Shown piece after piece: positions 56,988 to 64,000 of a stretch of DNA of 64,000 nt. Source of the stretch: a bacterium (lineage in GTDB: Bacteria > SAR324 > NAC60-12); the NCBI GenBank assembly GCA_965209155.1, contig OZ242383.1:896001-960000 (forward strand). The letters run 5' to 3'. Numbering within the stretch: position 1 is the stretch's first letter; each line of letters opens with the position of its first letter. Both the position numbers and the translations under genes were made by a program. Under the pieces are notes generated by a model. It worked only from the letters and a program-made list of their open reading frames with translations. It ran no database searches and was not told where the DNA came from.

Positions 56988-57151
56988 TCGGCCATCACTG
57001 TGGCATAACTTTTCTGCCTCCCATCCAGGGATTCAATGCGCTTCAGGAGAGATTGGGTCAGTTCGACTGAAGAAATGTCCCGGTTTTGGAGGAGGGCGGC
57101 TACCTCCCGCAATGATTTAAAATGAAGCTCTTTAAATTCCTTAACATCCAT
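56968..57151 (-). pseudogene. 5' remnant of an amidase
   Basis: LHFKSLREVAALLQNRDISSVELTQSLLKRIESLD...YATVMADQALAA is an amidase N-terminus; similarity breaks at the AbiEii end. Confidence 0.78.
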
Positions 57152-57293
57152 AATCTTTTCCATAATGTTTTTTAAAAGTTAAAATGTTGTTAATTTTTAT
57201 CCTTGAGCGACAGATCCGTTTATATACCAAAACCGTTTTTGGCGATACCCCTGAAGAAGCTTTGAACGATCAGCTCAAATGACTTGTTCTATT

Positions 57294-58370
57294 TTAAATT
57301 TGGCCAACCTGATTCAGGTATTTTTGTAGGAATGGCTGGACTTCGACAATTTTTTTCGAATGCGCTGACTCAAGGGCAGCAAACAGGAGAGCGGCGCACT
57401 GGATATTGTCTTCAAGGCTGTTTGGAGGTTCGGCTCCCCCTAGCAACCACTGACAGAAAAGTTCTGCCAACCAGGAATTCATCCAGGCTTCCTGTTCGAG
57501 AAGAGGAATCTCCTTTTCGAAAGCGTCCTCCAGTTGTGCGTGAATTCGCAGTTGCCGTTTATCGAGTTCAAGGGTCGCCAATTCGCATTCCGCACGCCAA
57601 TAATCCTGGAGCCAACCATTCAGTTGTGAAGCATTGGTTTTGGCACCTTCGTAAACCACTTTGACGCCATTGTCCATCTCCACCAGCATCACAGCTTGAG
57701 GATCTCCCTGGAACTCACTCCATTCAGGGTTCCATGTGACACAATGCACGGATTCCGCATTGGCTTTCGTGAGCGAACGCATGATATCGAAGTGATGAAC
57801 CAAGGCTTCAATCAGCAGGGGATCCGCAATGTCATAGGGGTACTCCAATCCCCATTGTCCGCGTTTGCGACAGGTCCATGTGTTACGTCCCACCAGATAG
57901 TCCAAACGACCATAGTGGCCCGAATGAATGTGGCGTTGCAGAGTTTGTTTGTCTTGATCGAAGCGGTGGCTCATCGTCACTGCCATCTTGAGCCCCGCCC
58001 CCTTGACTTTTTGATAGATTCGACAACTGGCCTCCATTGTATCGGCAATCGGTTTCTCAGAGAGGATGTGGTCATCATATCGAATGGCCAAATCCACCAT
58101 TTCTTCATGAGCAGCCGGAGGAACAACGATGGTGATAAAATCCGCATCTTGTTCTGCCAGTGCCTGTTCCGCCTTGGTATAGAGCTGTGTGTCGTCAAGA
58201 TTCAACTGTTGCTTCGCCTGACCAAGCATATCCGGATTGATGTCGACTGCTGCAACAGGGATCGCAAGACCAAGTTTTTTCAAGTGAGGCATCACGATTG
58301 TACACCAACGTTGTCCGTGTCCTCCTACGCCAATCTGGATGTAACGCAATGGTTTCTGTGCTGATGTCAT
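57294..58370 (-). CDS. Gfo/Idh/MocA family oxidoreductase
   Basis: IGVGGHG, VPPAAH, LSEKP, HHFD. Confidence 0.92.
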   Translation of the reverse strand: MTSAQKPLRYIQIGVGGHGQRWCTIVMPHLKKLGLAIPVAAVDINPDMLGQAKQQLNLDDTQLYTKAEQALAEQDADFITIVVPPAAHEEMVDLAIRYDDHILSEKPIADTMEASCRIYQKVKGAGLKMAVTMSHRFDQDKQTLQRHIHSGHYGRLDYLVGRNTWTCRKRGQWGLEYPYDIADPLLIEALVHHFDIMRSLTKANAESVHCVTWNPEWSEFQGDPQAVMLVEMDNGVKVVYEGAKTNASQLNGWLQDYWRAECELATLELDKRQLRIHAQLEDAFEKEIPLLEQEAWMNSWLAELFCQWLLGGAEPPNSLEDNIQCAALLFAALESAHSKKIVEVQPFLQKYLNQVGQI

Positions 58371-58390
58371 AACAGTTCCTTATTGCTATT

Positions 58391-59055
58391 CTAGGGATTT
58401 TCTCCAGAGGGAACGACATCCGCCAATTGGTCAAGGACCCCATAACGGTCGAAGAGTGCTTCTACCTGATCCCAAGTGGTGGGATCCACCGGGATGCCCT
58501 GGGCCAATCGCTCTTGGCGCGTCTTGGCGGATCTTTCTCCCGGAAAGAAAACCCCGCTCGATCCTGCCATCGGGGGGGTGTTTTGAAAGTATCTCATCAT
58601 CTGTTGGACCTCGGCCCGGATGGTTTCCAGGGGCGCCATGCGGCCCAGGTCGATGATGAGTATCGTGGATCCTGCCCACAGATCCATCTTTCTTGGAGGG
58701 GAAGCGATCTGGCCAAGAAGTGCCCCGAAAAGCGCGACCATGACCAAGAGCGCATATCCCTCGCCAGTTCGGTCGCTCGTGTGGCAACCACCTGACCAAA
58801 GGTAGCATGGCCATCGATCTGGAGGATCCCCCCATGGTTGCCAACGACTTCCGGCTCTGCCTTTGGATCGCAATCTCCGTCCTCAATGTTTTTCAGGTAC
58901 TGGGGGATGCGAATGAACCCATGGGAATCGTATCCCGCAAGATTGGCATTGGCCAGGTGGTCCGCCACGATACCAGCGTGGCTGGCCGAGGCTCCTCCCG
59001 CCTGCATCATCACATCGGTTATCCGGACAATCTGATGTTTCGTTAATATTGGCAT
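58391..59055 (-). pseudogene. Ldh_2 oxidoreductase copy C, same 412-bp deletion as copy B
   Basis: Identical junction ATATCCCTCGCCAG at about 58761; 665 bp. Confidence 0.92.
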
Positions 59056-59077
59056 GAATAGCTCCTAAGAATTCAGT

Positions 59078-59773
59078 TTAGCGGTGATAGAGGGAAACCC
59101 TCCCCGCTAACCACTGGATGCCCCGCCCCACTACCGTTCGAAAACCGGGGTTTGCGTAGGCCTGGTTATCGTGCCCGTTCTGATAGCAGAAGACCCTCGC
59201 CTTACCGAAGGTCCGCGTCCACGCGATCGTCTTCATACTTTGGGGATGATTGGTGGTGAGCAGGATGTGGCTATCCTCGTCCGCGTCGTCTATGTTATAG
59301 GTCTCGTCGACGATGTCCCATGGCTCCAGTGTGGCAGTGATGGGGTGCTCGGTGTCCGCGACGTCGATGTGCACGGTCTGGTCGAAGGCGCATGGTACAC
59401 TGCCTCGCTGACGCATGCCGCTAAGCTCTCTCCATAGCGGCCAGTCGGGAAAGGCTACCAGCGCGTGATGCAGCAGAAATATCCCCTGGTCCCCATCGCG
59501 AAGGCCCTCCAGTGTCTCCTTTATGGCTCCGCTCTGCTTAGATGTTCCGGGCTCTAATTTGCCATCTTTTTCAGCGGGCGTGCGGAGGTGCATGTTGTAG
59601 AACACTAATACGTCGTAGTTCCCTGGACCACGTGCCGAGTCGAAAACGAAGTCCCACATGTTCTGAGGGTAGGCCTCGATTTCGGGAATGGTGCGAAGCA
59701 TGGACTGGAAGCCGACCACGTCGTACGGGTGCCCGCCGGTAATCACTGCTGTTTTTATCTTTCCATTCGTCAT
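59078..59773 (-). CDS. ThuA domain protein, copy C
   Basis: Paralog of 34024-34704 (TGGHPYD, HPIT, DETY, QNGHD). Confidence 0.88.
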   Translation of the reverse strand: MTNGKIKTAVITGGHPYDVVGFQSMLRTIPEIEAYPQNMWDFVFDSARGPGNYDVLVFYNMHLRTPAEKDGKLEPGTSKQSGAIKETLEGLRDGDQGIFLLHHALVAFPDWPLWRELSGMRQRGSVPCAFDQTVHIDVADTEHPITATLEPWDIVDETYNIDDADEDSHILLTTNHPQSMKTIAWTRTFGKARVFCYQNGHDNQAYANPGFRTVVGRGIQWLAGRVSLYHR

Positions 59774-59925
59774 GTTTCTGTCTCCTGCGTAATGTTTCGC
59801 TTAACCACGTAAATCGTTTATTCCCTTGTCATAGGGTTTCGCTTCGCTCCACCGGAATGCCTGGGCCGCATTCGGAGACCACCCATGCTGTTATGACATG
59901 CTCCGTTGGAGCAAATACGGTCCGG

Positions 59926-60951
59926 TTAGTTAGGCAGCAAGGCCACGGAACGGACCTCGCCAAACTCCTTTTGCAGCTTTTGCCACGAATCACCCCCATC
60001 TTCGCTCACGTACACATAGCCGAGGATGCTGACCGCGACGATTACGTTGGGTCGCTCCTTGTGAGTGGCGATCCCATAGATATTTGAGTTGGGCTCTTCC
60101 GGCAGAGGCACTGGTTCCCAGCTTTTGCCACCATCCTGAGTGCGCTGCACGGCACCGATTGTACCGGGAATACCGTCGCCGTTGCCGACGAACATGACAT
60201 CGGGGTTATCCGCTTTGATGACCATGCCCCGGCAGTAGGACACGCGATCCGCTTCATGGAACTTGGGGAAATAGTGGTAATCCCAGCTTTCGCCTTCGTC
60301 GTGGCTGGTGGCGAGCCCAAAGGGAGAGGTACAGTAGACTGCGGAACGGGCGCCAGTTTTCAGAGCCATACTGTGAATGTCACCGTGGAAGGGATTAGGA
60401 CCCAGGTCGGGCAGGTGTATCCAGTTGTCTCCGCCATCCAGGCTCTTGTAAACCCCGTCAACCTCCATGCTAGCCCAGATGGTGCGGTTGTCCCTGGGAT
60501 CTACGATCATGCAGGTGGTCCGCGGCGGTGAGGGAGGTTCAGTGACGGGGCTCTTCATGTTTACGCCCATATGAAGCTTGCTCCAAGACCTCCCCCCATC
60601 CCTGGAGCGGAATCCCTCGGGCCGCGTGCCCACGAATAGGGTGTCCGGGTCCGTGGGGTCCACAGTCACCGACCAGACCTCAAGGTTCGATGTGGGGGCA
60701 TCCAGGTTTTCCCAGGTCGCGCCGCCGTCTTCGCTGCGGAAAACGCCCACGTCGGAACCGGCCAATACCCGACGGGGGTTGTCCGGATACACACACAACG
60801 CCCTGACGTTGCCCTCCGTCGGTAGTGTGTTTTTCAGCTTGGGCGTGTGGTAGATTTCAGGGCGAATGTTGGTCCAGGATTCACCGCCGTCGGCACTCAC
60901 GTTCAGCCCTTGGCCGATGGTGCCAATGAGGATTGTGTAATCTTTTGCCAT
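59926..60951 (-). CDS. BNR/Asp-box beta-propeller protein, copy C
   Basis: Paralog of 34909-35907 with loop insertions. Confidence 0.88.
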   Translation of the reverse strand: MAKDYTILIGTIGQGLNVSADGGESWTNIRPEIYHTPKLKNTLPTEGNVRALCVYPDNPRRVLAGSDVGVFRSEDGGATWENLDAPTSNLEVWSVTVDPTDPDTLFVGTRPEGFRSRDGGRSWSKLHMGVNMKSPVTEPPSPPRTTCMIVDPRDNRTIWASMEVDGVYKSLDGGDNWIHLPDLGPNPFHGDIHSMALKTGARSAVYCTSPFGLATSHDEGESWDYHYFPKFHEADRVSYCRGMVIKADNPDVMFVGNGDGIPGTIGAVQRTQDGGKSWEPVPLPEEPNSNIYGIATHKERPNVIVAVSILGYVYVSEDGGDSWQKLQKEFGEVRSVALLPN

Positions 60952-61056
60952 CTCGCGTCTCCTTGGTATCGAGTTGTTAAAATAATGTTAGTTGCTGTTG
61001 GTGGAGTTTTTTATACTCCTTATTTCTTTCCGCTCCCCTTAGATCCTAAATTAGCT

Positions 61057-61230
61057 CCTGGAAGGGGCTCCTCGTGATCGTACTCGTGAGACGTGCTCGT
61101 GCTCGTGAACGAAACGACATCCCATAGAACCCTGGATTCCATACCTTCTCTTCTCTTCGGGCTTCCCCATCTCAAAGGGATCGGGAATGTTGCAATCGAG
61201 CACGTGCACGAGCACGATGACGAGCACGGG
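61057..61230. mobile_element. About 175-bp (CTCGTG)n-ended element, copy 2 (inverted relative to copy 1)
   Basis: Homologous to 42649-42821; bracketed by 14-bp direct repeat CCCCTTAGATCCTA at 61035-61048 and 61237-61250. Confidence 0.75.
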
Positions 61231-61247
61231 TCTGTCCCCCTTAGATC

Positions 61248-62338
61248 CTAGCGGTAATTGAGGGAAACGCCCTCGTGGAAGACGTGAATCTTGGGGGGCT
61301 CGGCGGTCAGTTTGACCGTGTTGCCGCGCAATCCTGTGTGAATGCCCGGCAGCTTTGCGAGCATGGTATCCTTGTCCTGCACCCGGTCAAAGTGGAGCAG
61401 GGTCACCTCGCCCAATTCCTCGGTGATGCTCACCTTGCCCTCGAAAATATAATCGCCGTCGGTTTCTACCAAATCCTCCGGCCGAACCCCAACGTTGACC
61501 TTCAGGCCTTCCTCCGAGCTTCGCGTCGGGGCAGCTGAGAAGGCAACCCCGCCGGTCTCAAGTTTAATGGTGGTCTGCTCTCCCGTGCCGACAACTTCGC
61601 CGGGAAGCAGGTTCATGGCGGGTGAGCCGATGAACTGAGCGACAAACTCGTTTTGGGGTCGGGTATACAGTTCCAACGGTCTGCCGACCTGAGCAATGCG
61701 CCCACCGGGGGTGAGCAACACGATGCGGTTCGCCAGGGTCATGGCCTCCACCTGGTCGTGGGTCACGTAGATCATGGTGCTCTCGGGCATCGACTCCTTG
61801 AGCTGGGCAATCTCAATCCGGGTGGCCACCCGAAGGCGGCATCCAGATTGGAGAGCGGCTCGTCAAACAGGTAAACCTTGGGGTCACGCACGATCGCCCG
61901 GCCGATAGCAACCCGCTGACGCTGACCTCCGGAGAGCGCCTTGGGCAGTCGTTCGAGATAGGGCTCCATCTGGAGGATCCGCGCGGCCTGCGTGACGGTA
62001 GTATTGATCACCTGACGCGACTTCTTGGCAAGCTCGAGGGCAAAACTCATGTTCTTGTGCACGTTCATGTGCGGATACAACCCATAGGACTGAAACACCA
62101 TCGCGATACCACGCTGGGCCGGTGGCACATCGTTGACGACCTGCCCCTCGATCTCCAGAGTGCCCGACGTGATGGTCTCAAGCCCGGCGATCATGCGCAA
62201 AAGGGTTGTCTTGCCACAGCCCGATGGCCCAAGTAAGACGATCAGTTCACCCTGCTCGATATCAAGATTGATATCCTCAAGGGCCTTGACGGCTCCTCCA
62301 TAGATTTTTTCGACGTTGGTCAGCTTCATTTTGGACAT
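61248..62338 (-). pseudogene. aglK: Sugar ABC ATPase (MalK/AglK-like) split by a 1-bp frameshift
   Basis: [26 protein letters not shown], then RVATRIEI...YVTHDQVEAM in another frame; one C missing at about 61835 (GCC CTT CGG expected); may be a sequencing error. Confidence 0.85.
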
Positions 62339-62434
62339 TGGTCCCTCCCTGTCTGTTTACGGTCCGGCGCCTCTGCCGGACCCGGTTCATGGACGACACG
62401 TGTGACGACGCCCTGCCCTCCATTCTTCAACCGG

Positions 62435-63595
62435 TCACCCTTTGATCGATCCGGCCAACAAGCCGCGCGCGAAATATCGTTGCATGGCGAAAAAGACCGC
62501 CAACGGCAGCGCCATAGAAATGAAAGCCCCCGTCGACAGGAGTTCCCATCGGCCGCCCCAGGTCCCCTGAAATGTATTAATGTGGTCGGTCATGACAATG
62601 GTGTCACCGGTGGCGTCAATCAGAAACACCTTGGCAGCCAGGAGATCGTTAAACATCCACAGAAACTGGATGATCGCGTACGCGCCGAGCGCCGGAATGC
62701 TGAGCGGCAGAACGATCCTCACGAAAATCTGGAAATCAGTCGCACCGTCGAGCTTGGCGTTTTCGATAATTTCGCGCGGTATGCCAGCCATGTAGTTTCG
62801 CAAAAGATAGATGGCGAATGGCTGTCCGAGCGCGGTATGGACGAGCCAAACGCTCAGGTAACCCTTCTCGATTCCGATGCCCAGGTGCAGCTTCAGAATT
62901 GGGATGAAGGCAAGCTGGCCAGGAAAGACAAGGGCCACGATGACCGCGGTGATCAACCATGCACGGCCTCGGAAATTCATCCAGGCGAGCGCGTAGGCGG
63001 CAAACGCGGCCACCACGAGCGGGATAATCGTCGCCGGAATGGCCACGGTCAGCGTGTTGAAAAAGGCCTGCAACATACCTTCGTAGTTCTTCTCGTCAAA
63101 CAGCATCCAGTGGTAATTTGCGAGCGAAAATTCGGGTGGCGCTCTTGCCGTGACGAATACGCGTTGTCCGCGGCCACTCAACTGATCGTCGTTGCCGCGC
63201 CAGACGTAGTCACCGTTGGCCTGAACCGTGATGCTTTCCCCATCTCCCAGGTCGGCCACCTCACCGGGAACATAGACATCAATCGCTCGCAACGAGGTGC
63301 CCCAAACGGTAATCTTCTTTGAGGCCCCCTCGCCGAACAGGTTGCCCGAGACCGTAAAGAGGTCGCCGTCAGCCACGCGAAAGTCGTCCGGATCGGCGGC
63401 CCGAAGAACTTCGTTCTGCTCGGTTGTAAATAGCGCTGCCCACCATCCTGAACCAATGATCTGGTCCCTGGTTCGGAACGAAGAGACGAACAGACCCAGT
63501 GTTGGAGCCAGCCATGCCGCAACCAGCACAGCGACTGAGATGTGCACGATCCATTTGTGCGTAGATTTGTTTTGTACTATTCCATCCATGGTCAA
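62435..63595 (-). CDS. aglG: Carbohydrate ABC permease (AglG-like)
   Basis: LFVSSFRT..Q...SGWW, AAFAAYALAW, IIENAKLDGA, QRYFARGLLAGSIKG. Confidence 0.85.
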   Translation of the reverse strand: MTMDGIVQNKSTHKWIVHISVAVLVAAWLAPTLGLFVSSFRTRDQIIGSGWWAALFTTEQNEVLRAADPDDFRVADGDLFTVSGNLFGEGASKKITVWGTSLRAIDVYVPGEVADLGDGESITVQANGDYVWRGNDDQLSGRGQRVFVTARAPPEFSLANYHWMLFDEKNYEGMLQAFFNTLTVAIPATIIPLVVAAFAAYALAWMNFRGRAWLITAVIVALVFPGQLAFIPILKLHLGIGIEKGYLSVWLVHTALGQPFAIYLLRNYMAGIPREIIENAKLDGATDFQIFVRIVLPLSIPALGAYAIIQFLWMFNDLLAAKVFLIDATGDTIVMTDHINTFQGTWGGRWELLSTGAFISMALPLAVFFAMQRYFARGLLAGSIKG

Positions 63596-63598
63596 TCC

Positions 63599-64000
63599 TC
63601 AGCTCATTTCTTTGCGGACGTTGCGCACATTCCAGATCATAATCGGCAACAATAGCAACAGAAGGATGATTGCAGATGCCGACCCGACGCCCCAGTCGAG
63701 GTCGTTGAATATCTTGCGGAACAAATAATTTGCCAGAACCTCCGTATTCCAATTACCGTTGGTCAACACAAAGACAATGTCGAACACCTTCAACACGAGC
63801 ACCGTGATGAGGGTCCACACCACGATGATTGTACCGACGATTTGCGGGACCTTGATGCGGAAAAATAACTGGAACGGAGTCGCGCCGTCGATGATGGCGG
63901 CCTCAACCGTTTCCTGCGGAATACCGCGCAGCGCCGCCGAGAGGATCACCATGGCTAAGCCGGTCTGGATCCAGATCATAATGGCCATCAGGAAGAAATT
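63599..64000 (-). CDS. aglF: Carbohydrate ABC permease (AglF-like), 5' end outside window
   Basis: WIQTGLAMVILSAALRGIPQETVEAAIIDGA, LKVFDIV; frame open to the window edge. Confidence 0.85.
   Translation of the reverse strand, partial: NFFLMAIMIWIQTGLAMVILSAALRGIPQETVEAAIIDGATPFQLFFRIKVPQIVGTIIVVWTLITVLVLKVFDIVFVLTNGNWNTEVLANYLFRKIFNDLDWGVGSASAIILLLLLLPIMIWNVRNVRKEMS

Noticed and set aside
53569..59055. Programmed frameshifting in the Ldh and BNR copies
   Set aside because: The shifts coincide with large internal deletions of core sequence

Overview
Bacterial chromosomal window in three parts. (1) About 1-8.5 kb holds accessory enzymes: a vanadium haloperoxidase-like gene that runs off the left edge and is missing from the ORF track, an esterase plus Baeyer-Villiger monooxygenase pair, a PhyH dioxygenase and a DMFase-beta-like protein. 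(2) About 8.6-31.5 kb is a mostly housekeeping backbone: ClC, tatD, rnc, rluB, sohB, an Fe-S operon, prc, hflX, Asp-type murA, birA and an amidase. It looks deltaproteobacterial/SAR324-like, but that is only an impression. (3) About 31.7-64 kb is a plastic island. A catabolic module (ABC importer, BNR beta-propeller, ThuA, SDR, Ldh_2, AKR or Gfo) occurs as three diverged, complementarily decayed copies plus a fragment, interleaved with toxin-antitoxin/defence remnants and palindromic mini-elements. The most striking item is a 2040-aa sigma54 activator (42904-49026, minus). Its N-terminus is an IS607-family serine transposase (MerR-type HTH plus resolvase fold) with the catalytic residues replaced (YARVS to YACVD). 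This is fused in frame to a pseudokinase-AAA-GAF-sigma54 activator-Fis HTH body. An apparent IS607 left end with 10-bp repeats lies upstream of the gene, and a candidate sigma54 promoter with enhancer palindromes and an IHF site lies just downstream, facing the ABC operon. All calls rest on motif recognition by eye; no database searches were run.
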